Shown here piece by piece: positions 51,578-61,220 of a stretch of 64,000 nt of DNA. The DNA lies in NCBI GenBank assembly GCA_047602425.1, contig JASGHG010000001.1, positions 3,040,001 through 3,104,000 on the forward strand, given 5' to 3'. Every line of letters begins with the position of its first letter. Positions within the stretch are counted from its first letter, which is position 1. Both the position numbers and the translations under genes were made by a program. The stretch comes from Nibricoccus sp. Its GTDB lineage: Bacteria > Verrucomicrobiota > Verrucomicrobiia > Opitutales > Opitutaceae. Below the pieces are notes generated by a model. That model was not told the DNA's origin. It saw only the letters and a list, made by a program, of their open reading frames with translations, and did not search any database.

Positions 51578-52138
51578 ATGCACGCAATCGAACGCCTTTT
51601 CGTAAGCCTGAATCTGCCGTCGGCGGGCAAGGATGCGCTGGCGAAGTTACAAGAGGAACAGCCAGGCGTGGTGTGGGGAATCCCGGAGCAGTTTCACCTC
51701 ACGATGCGTTTCCTCGGCGACGTGGAAACGGCTCTCGCGGCGAGAATCGAGGACGAATTCGCAAAGATCCAAGTTGAACCTTTTTTGCTGCCGTTGGGCG
51801 GTATCGGCCGGTTTCCGCCGCGTGGTCCCGTTCGAGTATTATGGGCCGGCATGGGAAGCGGACACACGCGGTTGCATCAATTGCGCAAGAAAATCGACGA
51901 CGCGACACTCACCGCGGGCTGGCGGGGTGAACTTCGGAATTTTGAGCCGCACATCACGCTGGGTCGCGTGTGCGAGGATGCCGAACCAGCGCCAGTCGAC
52001 CAATGGCTGAAAAATCATCGCGATTTCGAAGGACTGGTGTTTCGCGTGACGACCTACGATCTGATGTCGAGCAAACTGCGGCCCGGCGGTGCTGAACACA
52101 CATTGAAGCGGCGATTTTCTTTGGTCGACGCGAAGTGA
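51578..52138 (+). CDS. thpR: RNA 2',3'-cyclic phosphodiesterase (2H family)
   Basis: RLFV, HLTMRFLG and PHITLGR (two HxT motifs). Confidence 0.92.
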   Translation: MHAIERLFVSLNLPSAGKDALAKLQEEQPGVVWGIPEQFHLTMRFLGDVETALAARIEDEFAKIQVEPFLLPLGGIGRFPPRGPVRVLWAGMGSGHTRLHQLRKKIDDATLTAGWRGELRNFEPHITLGRVCEDAEPAPVDQWLKNHRDFEGLVFRVTTYDLMSSKLRPGGAEHTLKRRFSLVDAK

Positions 52139-52199
52139 ACTGACGGCGTGCAGGCAGTGTTGTCCCGGTTGCTGCGGCCGACTTCGGCTTCGGGGCTTT

Positions 52200-53195
52200 T
52201 CAGGGATCGACGATCACCGGTAGACCGACGTAGGCCATTCCGAGCAGCATTTGCGCATCCCAATTGGCGAGACGGAAACAGCCATGCGATTCGGTACGGC
52301 CGACTTGTTCGGGATTCGGCGTGCCATGAATGCCATAGCCGGGGAGGTCGAGACCGATCCAGGCGACACCGACAGGATTGTTGGGGCCGGGCGGAATCAT
52401 GAGTTTGCGTCCAATTTCCCGCGCTTCGGCTGACTCGGGGAAAACCTCCGGATCGAAAGTATAATCGGGGTTGGGCACGACGACCGTGACGTGAAGTTCC
52501 CCCTCGGGACGTTTTTCGGCGCGTTTGGCAATGCTGACCGGGCAGTGCGCAAGGATATTGCCGGCCTCGTCCCTGGCTTGGAGCGTTTTGTCGCTGAGGG
52601 AAATATGGAGGTTGGCTGGGCGAGGCAGCGGGACTTCACGCTCGATCGCAGGGACAACGATTTTGGTATTGGGGGTGATCCTGGCCCAATCGAGATCGGG
52701 ATTTAGCTGTTTGAGAAGTTTTGGATGCGCATGGGTGCGCTCGGCGGCGAGTTCGAGTGCGGTCTCGCAGGCGAGGGCGGTTTGTTCGGCTTTGCCGAGC
52801 CAGGTTTTGCTGAGCGGTTGAAGTCCGGCGAGGTCCTCGGCGCTGAGGGAGATTTGCTGGTAGATATGACTGTTGAGGACAAGGCGCTCGCGGGTGGCGG
52901 TGTCGAGGCGTCCGGTGGGGTCCAATCCGGCGCGCTCCTGAAAAGCACGAAGGCCCGCTGCCGATTGATAGCCGCCTACGCCGTCGATCGAACCGCAGGA
53001 AATAGCCTGACGGGCGAGCGCGATTTGGACGTCGAGCCAGTTTTCAACGGACCGCGGATATTTGTAGATGCGAGGCAGTGTAACCTGAGCCGGCGCGTCC
53101 GGCTGCGACTTGCCCGGCGTGGATGGTTTCTTTGGTTCGGCTCCCCGGCACGGCAGTCCGCAACAAAGTACGAGAAGGGCGGTGGCGCATCGCAT
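52200..53195 (-). CDS. L,D-transpeptidase with peptidoglycan-binding domain
   Basis: IDGVGG....LRAFQ...GL..TG.LD; PGPNNPVG, YGIHGT, SHGCFRLANWD. Confidence 0.92.
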   Translation of the reverse strand: MRCATALLVLCCGLPCRGAEPKKPSTPGKSQPDAPAQVTLPRIYKYPRSVENWLDVQIALARQAISCGSIDGVGGYQSAAGLRAFQERAGLDPTGRLDTATRERLVLNSHIYQQISLSAEDLAGLQPLSKTWLGKAEQTALACETALELAAERTHAHPKLLKQLNPDLDWARITPNTKIVVPAIEREVPLPRPANLHISLSDKTLQARDEAGNILAHCPVSIAKRAEKRPEGELHVTVVVPNPDYTFDPEVFPESAEAREIGRKLMIPPGPNNPVGVAWIGLDLPGYGIHGTPNPEQVGRTESHGCFRLANWDAQMLLGMAYVGLPVIVDP

Positions 53196-53369
53196 GGGTG
53201 GGGAACATGGCGAAAAAAACGAAGGCGTTGAAGCAAGAAATCCGGCGGACATTTGCTTCCTGCGGTCGGTTGGCGGAATGGGGTCTATCGAAAGGATGCG
53301 GACAAAACTGAACAAACTCCCCGAAACTTTGGTACTTGGCTCCAGCGATGAGCTTCTCGTCCAAATTGC

Positions 53370-53927
53370 CTAGTCAAACGCCGCGTCGATGAGATCGCAG
53401 AAATGATGGATCAAAAACAGATGCGCTTCTTGCGCGGTGCGACCGGAATCGCCCGGGATAATCAAATCGACCGTTGCGACTCCCTTGGCTTTTCCACCTC
53501 CGCGGCCGAGGAAGGAGACGCTATTCAGTCCGAGTTTTTTGGCGGTTTGCAGGGCGGCGAGGACGTTGCCGGAATTGCCGCTGGATGTGAGGACGACAAC
53601 GAGATCGCCTGGTTGGGCGAGGCCTTCGATCTGGCGCGAGAAGGCGCTATCGAAACCATAGTCGTTGCCGATGCATGAAACGAGCGAGCCATCGGCGTTG
53701 AGCGCCATCGCGGGCAGGGAGCGGCGGTTTTTGAAATAACGACCGACGAGCTCGGTGGAAAAATGTTGGGCTTCCGCAGCGCTACCGCCGTTGCCGCAGA
53801 TGAGTAGTTTTTTCCCATTGCGCAGCGTTTCAAGGATGAGCGTGCCGGCGCGTTCGATCTGGCCGCGGATATCTTTGAGGGAATCGAGCGTTTTAATGGT
53901 GGCGGCAAGAGAGGAGTCGAGGCTCAT
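53370..53927 (-). CDS. gmhA: Phosphoheptose isomerase (SIS domain)
   Basis: CGNGGSAAEAQHF, GNDYGF...FSRQ, SSGNS.NV, QEAH. Confidence 0.92.
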   Translation of the reverse strand: MSLDSSLAATIKTLDSLKDIRGQIERAGTLILETLRNGKKLLICGNGGSAAEAQHFSTELVGRYFKNRRSLPAMALNADGSLVSCIGNDYGFDSAFSRQIEGLAQPGDLVVVLTSSGNSGNVLAALQTAKKLGLNSVSFLGRGGGKAKGVATVDLIIPGDSGRTAQEAHLFLIHHFCDLIDAAFD

Positions 53928-54046
53928 TGCCTTCGTTTTTTGGGGAGAAGCCCGTAAAGGTCACGACGTAAATGTTGTATCAAGAGCCCGAGGCATCAGC
54001 CAACTGCGACGCACTTGAAGAGAGGCGCAAAATCGCCTCAACCCGT

Positions 54047-54124
54047 TTGTCATCTATTAAATGACAAGAGGTTCAGATTGAGCGCTGCGTTGAGATGATT
54101 TGCTTGTCATTTAATAGATGACAA
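54047..54124. repeat. Two exact inverted copies of a 21-bp near-palindrome
   Basis: TTGTCATCTATTAAATGACAA (54047-54067) and TTGTCATTTAATAGATGACAA (54104-54124). Confidence 0.92.
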
Positions 54125-54248
54125 GTGGGCCGAACGCGAGGGATCAGGACTGGCCGGAGACGGGTTGAGAGAACGGGCGGCGTGGGGGCAGGGCATTTAA
54201 ATTTTGCGGCTTGGCGCGGGGTGGGTTCGGAAGCTGAATAGCGGTTGC

Positions 54249-55397
54249 ATGCCGTATTTCGATCACAACGCCACGACGCCGCTGTCGCCTGCCGCACGCG
54301 AGGCTTGGTTGCAGGCGTCGACCGAGCTGTGGCAGAATCCGGCGAGCCCTTACCGCGATGCCGCGCGGGCCAAAATCCGTCTTGATGGCGTCCGCGGACG
54401 TTTGGCGGAGTTTGTTGGTTGCGGATCGGATGAATTGATTTTCACCTCGGGCGCGACCGAGGGAGCCAATGCCATTCTGGCCAACTGGGCGCACGCGCTG
54501 CCAGCCGAAGCACGTGTAGCGGTCAATCCGACCGAGCATCCGTGCGTGTTGGAATCGGCGAAATATTATTTTGGCGACAGGATCGTCTGGCTTGAAGTGA
54601 CGTGCGATGGCGTGGTGCCGTTGGAGGCGTTGAAGGATTTACTCGCGAAGAAAGCGGTTGCCGGCGTGGTCGTGATGGCGGCCAACAACGAGACTGGCGT
54701 GCTCCAGCCGTGGGCGGAGATTGCAGGGCTGTGCAAGGCGGCAGGCGTGGAATTTCTCTGCGACGCCTCGCAATGGCTGGGGAAACTTCCCGCGGCCGGC
54801 CTCGGCCGCGCGGGTTGGTTAATTGGTTCTGCACATAAGTTCGGTGGACCGAAGGGCGTGGGATTTTTACGCCGGCCCGCGGGATCCGAGGGCTTTCGCG
54901 CGCAACTCGGGGGTGCGCAGCAACGCGGACATCGCGGCGGCACGGAGGATCTGCCGGGCGCGGCGGCCCTCGTGGCGGCGCTGGCCGAGGCGGAGCAAAA
55001 GAAGGTTTTTCTTGAGACGGAGCGGCTCGGTTGGCGGCAACGTTTCGAACTACAAATCAGCACAGCTTCCGCAGGCATTTCGGTGGTCGCGGCGCGTGCG
55101 GAACGGCTTTGGAATACGGTATCGTTGTTCATGCCGCATATGGAGAACACCCGGTGGGTCACGCGGCTCGATAAACTCGGTTTTCAGGTGTCAACTGGTT
55201 CGGCTTGTGCCACGGGCAAGTCCGGGCCCTCGCATGTGCTCGCGGCGATGGGTTTTGACGCGGCGCAGGCGCGTCGGGTGATCCGCATCAGTGCAAGTTG
55301 GGAGACGACCGAGGCCGACTGGAATGCGCTGGTGCTCGCACTCGCCGCTCTTGATACTGAATTTCGTGCCGATAAAACCAACGTGATCCAACTCTGA
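54249..55397 (+). CDS. Cysteine desulfurase (NifS/IscS-like, group I)
   Basis: YFDHNATTP, FTSGATE, ANNETGVLQP, SAHKFGGPKGVG, STGSAC. Confidence 0.92.
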   Translation: MPYFDHNATTPLSPAAREAWLQASTELWQNPASPYRDAARAKIRLDGVRGRLAEFVGCGSDELIFTSGATEGANAILANWAHALPAEARVAVNPTEHPCVLESAKYYFGDRIVWLEVTCDGVVPLEALKDLLAKKAVAGVVVMAANNETGVLQPWAEIAGLCKAAGVEFLCDASQWLGKLPAAGLGRAGWLIGSAHKFGGPKGVGFLRRPAGSEGFRAQLGGAQQRGHRGGTEDLPGAAALVAALAEAEQKKVFLETERLGWRQRFELQISTASAGISVVAARAERLWNTVSLFMPHMENTRWVTRLDKLGFQVSTGSACATGKSGPSHVLAAMGFDAAQARRVIRISASWETTEADWNALVLALAALDTEFRADKTNVIQL

Positions 55398-56470
55398 TGC
55401 GTCTTAGCCGAATCACCCTCGAAAATTTTCGCAACATCCCATTGGCCGAACTCACGTTCGAGGGGCGGCAGCATTTTTTGCTCGGACAGAATGGCCAGGG
55501 CAAAACCAACCTGCTTGAAGCCGTGGGATATCTGACGGCGTTGCGTTCGTTTCGAACGAGCGACCAGCGCCTGCTCATTTCGCACGGCAAAGATGCCGCG
55601 GGCGTTGCCTGCGAAATTCAGCACGAGTTGCTCGACGAGACGGGCGTGATGATCAAGCTCCGGCCCGACGGCAAGGAAGTCACCTGCGACGGCGAATGGG
55701 TCACGAAGTTTGGCGATTATCTCGGGCGCTTTCCGACGGTGGTTTTTTCGTCGAACGATCAACAGCTGGTGCGCGGCGGCCCGGCCTTCCGGCGCCGCTG
55801 GCTCGACCTCACGATTGCGGCGATGGACACGGGCTACCTTCATCTCGTGCAGCAGTATTATCGCGCGGTTGTCGATCGCAACCGGTTGTTGAAACAAGGA
55901 GCGTCGCCGCTGGAGTTCGCGGCCTTCGAACTGCCTTTGGCCAACGCCGCATCGCAAATCGTGCAAAAACGCGCGGCCAACATAAAGGTGCTCAGCGGCT
56001 ATGTAGCTGAGGCCTACACCGCAATCGCCGGGGAAAAAGATCAGGCGACGATGCGTTACGAGCCGGATTTCGACAAAACTGACGTGCATGCCTGGACGCA
56101 GCAGCTGCAGAAAAACCGTCCGCGCGATATTCAGCTCAAGAGCACCAACCTCGGCCCGCATCGCGACGATTGCGGATTGCTCCTCGGTAGTCGCGCGGCT
56201 CGTGACTACGGCTCGGAAGGCCAGCAACGCAGTCTCGCACTCGCACTGCGACTCGCCCAAGTGAATTATTTTCACGAACGCTCCGGTGTGCAACCTGTCG
56301 TGCTGGCCGACGACGTGTTGGGTGAACTCGATCCCGTGCGCCGCCGCCAATTCTGGCATGCGATTGGCGCGGATTGCCAGGTGTTCGCCACCGGCACGAG
56401 TTTGCCCGAGGCCGAACTCGGTCGCTGGCAGGTTTTCAAAGTCGAAGCCGGCCGTTTCATTGAAGACTAA
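55397..56470 (+). CDS. recF: DNA replication/repair protein RecF
   Basis: NFRN, GQNGQGKTNLLEA, GPHRDD, GSEGQQR, LADDVLGELD. Confidence 0.97.
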   Translation: MRLSRITLENFRNIPLAELTFEGRQHFLLGQNGQGKTNLLEAVGYLTALRSFRTSDQRLLISHGKDAAGVACEIQHELLDETGVMIKLRPDGKEVTCDGEWVTKFGDYLGRFPTVVFSSNDQQLVRGGPAFRRRWLDLTIAAMDTGYLHLVQQYYRAVVDRNRLLKQGASPLEFAAFELPLANAASQIVQKRAANIKVLSGYVAEAYTAIAGEKDQATMRYEPDFDKTDVHAWTQQLQKNRPRDIQLKSTNLGPHRDDCGLLLGSRAARDYGSEGQQRSLALALRLAQVNYFHERSGVQPVVLADDVLGELDPVRRRQFWHAIGADCQVFATGTSLPEAELGRWQVFKVEAGRFIED

Positions 56471-56484
56471 ACCGAGGTCAAGCT

Positions 56485-57234
56485 GTGCAATTTGAAACCT
56501 GGCAATGGATCGTGGCAGTGCTCGCGGCGTTGATCGTTGGCATCGCGAAAGGCGGCATCAACGGCCTTGGCTTTTTGCCCGTCATCATTTTCGCGCAGGT
56601 GCTGCCGAGCACAAAACAGTCGAGCGGTTTCGTGCTGCCCTTGCTCATTTTTGGCGATGCGGTCGCTGTATTGAGTTACCGGAGACACACGCAGTGGAGT
56701 TACCTCTGGAAATTGTTTCCGTGGACCGCGGCCGGCGTGCTTACCGGCTATTTTGCCATGGACCGGATTAATGACAAACAGGCTGCCCATTTGATCGGCT
56801 TGATCGTCATGGCACTTGTGCTTCTGCACCTTTGGCGCCGCCGCCAGGCGAAACTCGCCGGTGCCGACGCTGTCGTGGAGCATGGCTGGTGGTTCGCTCC
56901 GCTGATCGGCGTGCTCGCCGGGTTCACCACGCTCGTGGCCAACGCCGCCGGCCCGCTCATGGCGCTTTACCTGCTCGCGATGGGCCTGCCAAAAATGGAA
57001 TACGTTGGCACCGGCGCGGTCTTTTTCCTTCTTTTGAATTGGTTTAAGGTTCCCTTCATGGTGAACCTCGGCCTGATCACCGCGAACAGTTTTAAATTCA
57101 ATCTCTTTCTCGCCCCCGCCGTGCTGGCCGGAACTTTTGCCGGCCGCTGGCTGCTCACGCGCATTAATCAAAAACTTTTTGAAAACCTCGCCCTAGGCCT
57201 AAGTGCCGTCGGAGCGGTGAAACTTTTAATGTGA
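56485..57234 (+). CDS. Sulfite exporter TauE/SafE family protein
   Basis: G.AKGG..G, LPLLIFGD, GF.T..ANAAGP, N..KVPF; about 8 TM helices. Confidence 0.9.
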   Translation: MQFETWQWIVAVLAALIVGIAKGGINGLGFLPVIIFAQVLPSTKQSSGFVLPLLIFGDAVAVLSYRRHTQWSYLWKLFPWTAAGVLTGYFAMDRINDKQAAHLIGLIVMALVLLHLWRRRQAKLAGADAVVEHGWWFAPLIGVLAGFTTLVANAAGPLMALYLLAMGLPKMEYVGTGAVFFLLLNWFKVPFMVNLGLITANSFKFNLFLAPAVLAGTFAGRWLLTRINQKLFENLALGLSAVGAVKLLM

Positions 57235-57295
57235 GTTGGCTTATGGGCGAAGGAATCCGTTCCTCGCGTATCATCAAGCGTCTTGAAGGTCCCAG

Positions 57296-57425
57296 CTAGA
57301 GCATTTTTAAAAATGTCATAGCCGCACAACTCCGGGTGTAGGGGCGCAGCAAGACTGCGCCACTACGAAGACAGCTCGGTTTGTAATACCGATTTATGGC
57401 TATAGTTTTATCGTATGTGCTCTAG
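57296..57425. mobile_element. 130-bp MITE-like element with CTAGAGCA terminal inverted repeats and an internal GTAG REP hairpin
   Basis: CTAGAGCA...TGCTCTAG ends; inner ATAGCC/GGCTAT; core GTAGGGGCGCAG-CAAGA-CTGCGCCACTAC (57338-57366). Confidence 0.7.
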
Positions 57426-58210
57426 AAGTTGGTGGGAATTTTTTTGGCAAGCGGGCCGATAACCTGTTCGATCTCTTCTCTGCTTTGCGCGGTCGTCACG
57501 ACGATCGTGGATCCTTCACCGGGGGAATTGCGCTCGTCTTTGATTTCGTACGTCTTTCTACCGTTCGCGTCGATGACTGGAGTGACGGCGATCGTGCGTA
57601 TGGCGTTGCCGAAATATCCCAAGTTGCTTTCCAGAGTGCGATCTCCCGAAAGGGTGGTGAACGCCGCATAACGTTCATCGCCCATTACGCGCTTCATCTG
57701 GGCCATGGCTTCGTCATAGATGGCGCTTCCTTGCGATATGGAAGGTTCCACGGTGATGATCGCGGTTCCCTGGTCATTTTTGGTTATGGAGGTTTTTGAA
57801 GGTTCAAGTGCCTCCAGCTTTTTGCGCATTGCCGTCAATTGTGCCTCTATTTCATTTTGTTCGGAAGAATTGAGGGCAAATAATTTCACAAAACCAGGAT
57901 CCAATTGATCGTTTTCCCAGACGAGATTTGTGCTCACGGTCAGGCAGCTCAATTCGCCCAACAAAGACACCGAACGCCAGGGTTGTCGCGAAAGTTGCGG
58001 CTCCCGGTCAGGCTGGCCAGTGGCGTTCCGACTGAGAAATGCAGTCTGATCCTTGGAGGTATTATGGATGGTTGATTGGTTGTGGGTCGGCAACTGCATC
58101 GATCCAGCCACAGGGGCATTCGCGATCTTGGTTTCACTCCTCCTCCCCAAAAAGAAGCCCGCGGCAAAAATGGCGGCACAAATTCCCAAAACGATGAACG
58201 TCTTCATCAA
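57422..58210 (-). CDS. Hypothetical membrane-anchored or exported protein
   Basis: 262-aa ORF with N-terminal hydrophobic helix (FIVLGICAAIFAAGFFLG); more AT-rich than its neighbours. Confidence 0.75.
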   Translation of the reverse strand: MMKTFIVLGICAAIFAAGFFLGRRSETKIANAPVAGSMQLPTHNQSTIHNTSKDQTAFLSRNATGQPDREPQLSRQPWRSVSLLGELSCLTVSTNLVWENDQLDPGFVKLFALNSSEQNEIEAQLTAMRKKLEALEPSKTSITKNDQGTAIITVEPSISQGSAIYDEAMAQMKRVMGDERYAAFTTLSGDRTLESNLGYFGNAIRTIAVTPVIDANGRKTYEIKDERNSPGEGSTIVVTTAQSREEIEQVIGPLAKKIPTNF

Positions 58211-58263
58211 TGACAGGTGTTGCGAAAGAAGCGTTTTTGGAGATGCGCTTTAATGGCTGCAAA

Positions 58264-58340
58264 TGGCGCGGTGGAGGTGACTCGAACACCCGACCCGCGG
58301 TTTAGAAAACCGCTGCTCTATCCAGCTGAGCTACCACCGC
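58264..58340 (-). tRNA. tRNA-Arg(TCT)
   Basis: GCGGTGGTAGCTCAGCTGGATAGAGCAGCGGTTTTCTAAACCGCGGGTCGGGTGTTCGAGTCACCTCCACCGCGCCA. Confidence 0.96.
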
Positions 58341-58436
58341 GTGTGGTATGGCGCAGACAGACAAAAAGACTTTGTTCGCCCACATCAACGCCGATTTCGC
58401 CCGTCGTGCTCGTGTCGCCGGTTGGTTTGACGCTTT

Positions 58437-58685
58437 TCATTCATGCTTGCTGCTGGCCGTGTCGTTTTTCTTCAAGCCACGGAAATTGAGCGCGGCCAGC
58501 GCGATCTGCAACGCGACCAGAGCCCAGGCTTGCCTCGGCCATGCCCAGCCGATCCAGAGGACATTGCTGGCCAGAAACCACCAGAACCCATGTTTGCGCC
58601 GCCGTTGGGACCGACCCCCAACCAGCCAAGCCGCGACAACGCTGGCGATCATCGCGGGCCATTGAAGCAGGTTTAGATCGTTCAT
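58437..58685 (-). CDS. Small hypothetical membrane protein (3 TM)
   Basis: QWPAM..SV.AAWLVG...RR..GFW.FLASNVLWI.W pattern. Confidence 0.75.
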   Translation of the reverse strand: MNDLNLLQWPAMIASVVAAWLVGGRSQRRRKHGFWWFLASNVLWIGWAWPRQAWALVALQIALAALNFRGLKKNDTASSKHE

Positions 58686-58956
58686 TCAGAGAATTACCAC
58701 CTACTTTAACCATACTCGACCGAGATTAAGGAAGCGGGGGCGTTTAATTTAGTCCACAACCTACGCTCACAAGGTGAACGAGGAAATGGGGCGGACAGCG
58801 ACGTATCTTGTCCGACAAATCCCCATGAGCCCGCCGTGATTGAATCTTCAGGGCAAATTTGATCCCTTCAGCGGCGCCGAGAACAAAATGGTTAATGTTC
58901 GCTGTAAACAACGAACTAATTACTACCGCTACTGCGGGATTGTCACGTGACCCCGA

Positions 58957-59421
58957 TTATTCGTGACCCTCGGGAGGAAGATTTTTCGTTTGCTGATTTT
59001 TGCGGCGGGCGACGGCGTCGGAGTAACGTTTGTGCAATTGGCTGAATTCCGCGCAATATTGGTCCAATTCCGCCTCAGAAAGATTTTCGAGGTCGATCAG
59101 TTCATTGCGCGCTCCGTGGATGGCGCGCAGCAATTCGTCGAGTTTCACGTGCAACGCTTTTGTATCCCGCATCTGCGCATTTTGGAGGAGAAATACCATG
59201 AGGAAGGTCAGAATTGTCGTGGAGGTATTGATCCAAAGTTGCCAGATTTCACTGTAATGGCTGGCCGGTCCGCACGCCGCCCAAAATATCACGGCCAGTA
59301 CGGCGCAGGCGAAGGTAGCCGGATGCGCGGTCAGGCCCGATATATAGCGGGCGAAGCGTGAGAAAATTTCAAAACGCGAATGGGCGGGGATTGCCTGTGC
59401 TCCGGCGCCGCTGACTTTCAT
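58957..59421 (-). CDS. Low-affinity iron permease (Fet4-like) family protein
   Basis: WQLWINTSTTILTFLMVFLLQNAQ.RD..ALH.KLDELL; start uncertain. Confidence 0.88.
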   Translation of the reverse strand: MKVSGAGAQAIPAHSRFEIFSRFARYISGLTAHPATFACAVLAVIFWAACGPASHYSEIWQLWINTSTTILTFLMVFLLQNAQMRDTKALHVKLDELLRAIHGARNELIDLENLSEAELDQYCAEFSQLHKRYSDAVARRKNQQTKNLPPEGHE

Positions 59422-59598
59422 CTGAGTCACATTAGTGGGAACCATAGATATTCCTAGACCATCGAAATTCTTCATTGGTTCGAAACGAGGTGCTGCCACC
59501 GCAGTAAAACTCCCGCGTCAGCGGTCGATAGCTGAATTACCGGGTCAAGATTCCAGCCCGAAAAATCGTTCGCGGGTGGCGGATTTGTTCCGAAGCCG

Positions 59599-60846
59599 CT
59601 ATGCGTTGTCGTTGGGAAGCGTAAAGTAAAAGGTCGCCCCTTCGCCTGGCGCGGCGGTGGCCCAAAGGCGTCCGCCATGTTTTTCGATGATGCGGCGCGC
59701 GCTCACCAAGCCCACACCGGTTCCGGGAAAATCGCTGCGTGAATGCAGGCGGTGGAAGGGTATGAAAAGTTTTTCCGCCTGCTGCGGTTCAAAGCCGACG
59801 CCATTGTCGCGCACGAAAAAGGTTTTCGCATGCGGCTCCGTCGCGATCTCGCCAAGTTCGATCAGGGCTTGGGCGCGTTTTGACGAATACTTCCAGGCGT
59901 TGGAGAGGAGATTGTCGAATACGGCGCGAAGAAGGCTGGGGTCTCCGCACGCATTTAAATTGTGGGCGCAACGAAACTCCACTTCGCGGGCCGGCGCTGT
60001 CGCTTTGAGTTGGTTAAAGGCATCATGGGCCAGTTTGCAAAGATCGACGGAGGTTTTTTTCAGTTCGGCTCGGTCCAGCGCCGCCATTTTCAGCAAGTCT
60101 GCAATGAAGGTTTCCATCCGGAGACATTCTCTTTGGATGGTGGCGAGGTTTTCACGCAGCTCGGCGGGGGTATCCGGCTTCAGGTCCATTTCGGCGAGGG
60201 AAGCGCAGCCTTTGATCGCCGTCAGCGGGCTGCGCAGATCGTGGGACACGGAGTAGGAGAACGCTTCGAGCGACTCGTTGGCCGCACGGAGGGCGCTGGT
60301 GCGATCTGCGACGCGGCGTTCCAATTCTTCGTAGACTTGAATATTTTCCAACGCCACGGCCGTGGTGTGCGCGAGGTTTTGCAGGAGTTCCACTTCGTAG
60401 GGAGCGGCGCGATAGGGACGGCTCCAGTAGGTGCCAATGGCGCCAATCGGCTGGCGCAGGCGAATGGGCACCATCACCAAGCTTTTCACGAAGGTGGGCC
60501 GATACGCGTCAATGGGCACGCGCGGGTCGTCGAAAATATCCGGAATCACGGCCGAGCGAGCATTGAGCATGGCCCAACCACTGACACAGGCGGTCATGGG
60601 AAACCGCTGACCTTTCCACAACGGCCCGATCGCATCCTCATCGACGTAGTGACATTGATCGCCGTCGCGCAAAATGAAGGTGGCGCCATCTGCGCCGGTG
60701 AGTTCGCGGGCCACTGTGCGGACAATTCCAGTTACCGCGGCCAAGTTGCGCGCGAGCGAAAGTTCCTGAATGGCCACCAGCAATCGCGACATGGCTCGCC
60801 GGTGGCGTTCCTGTTCGTTTACATCTTGGGTCTCTGCGCGATGCAT
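59599..60846 (-). CDS. Cytoplasmic GAF-domain sensor histidine kinase
   Basis: GAF (GPLWKGQRFP..ACVSGW), H-box FSYSVSHDLRSPL, NLLSNAWK, DNGVGF, GTGVGL. Confidence 0.95.
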   Translation of the reverse strand: MHRAETQDVNEQERHRRAMSRLLVAIQELSLARNLAAVTGIVRTVARELTGADGATFILRDGDQCHYVDEDAIGPLWKGQRFPMTACVSGWAMLNARSAVIPDIFDDPRVPIDAYRPTFVKSLVMVPIRLRQPIGAIGTYWSRPYRAAPYEVELLQNLAHTTAVALENIQVYEELERRVADRTSALRAANESLEAFSYSVSHDLRSPLTAIKGCASLAEMDLKPDTPAELRENLATIQRECLRMETFIADLLKMAALDRAELKKTSVDLCKLAHDAFNQLKATAPAREVEFRCAHNLNACGDPSLLRAVFDNLLSNAWKYSSKRAQALIELGEIATEPHAKTFFVRDNGVGFEPQQAEKLFIPFHRLHSRSDFPGTGVGLVSARRIIEKHGGRLWATAAPGEGATFYFTLPNDNA

Positions 60847-61220
60847 AGTTTATCTGGATAAAAATATCGATGTACCTCTCGCCTATTTCGGCGATGCTTG
60901 GCATCATGCAATCGTTTGTCATCTTTGCAAGCGGTCGAAGAAAGGAAAGGGCTAGGGTGTATCTCGGGGTGGGGCCCGGGTGGCGCTGATCGGGCATTCG
61001 CAGACAATATGGCTCTTTAAGGTGGTTCGTCACGGGGGACGATACGGAATTTTCCGAGGGGTGCTGGGAGTTGCATAGGTGACTCAAGGACAGGCGCCAC
61101 CAGAATAATCGCCGCCCCGCAGATGAGATTGGTCGGATGCCAGGTCGACTTTTTACCATTTCCCTAAAACCGCGTTTTTTGCCGATTTTTGCGCATGTTT
61201 GGCAGTAGCGATCAAAACCC

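Noticed and set aside
54047..54124. Mini-CRISPR array (21-bp repeats, 36-nt spacer)
   Set aside because: Only two copies, in inverted orientation, and no cas genes in the window.
60638..61159. Minus-strand ORF or hydrophobic fragment upstream of the histidine kinase
   Set aside because: It overlaps the kinase out of frame with no recognisable family; likely promoter DNA.
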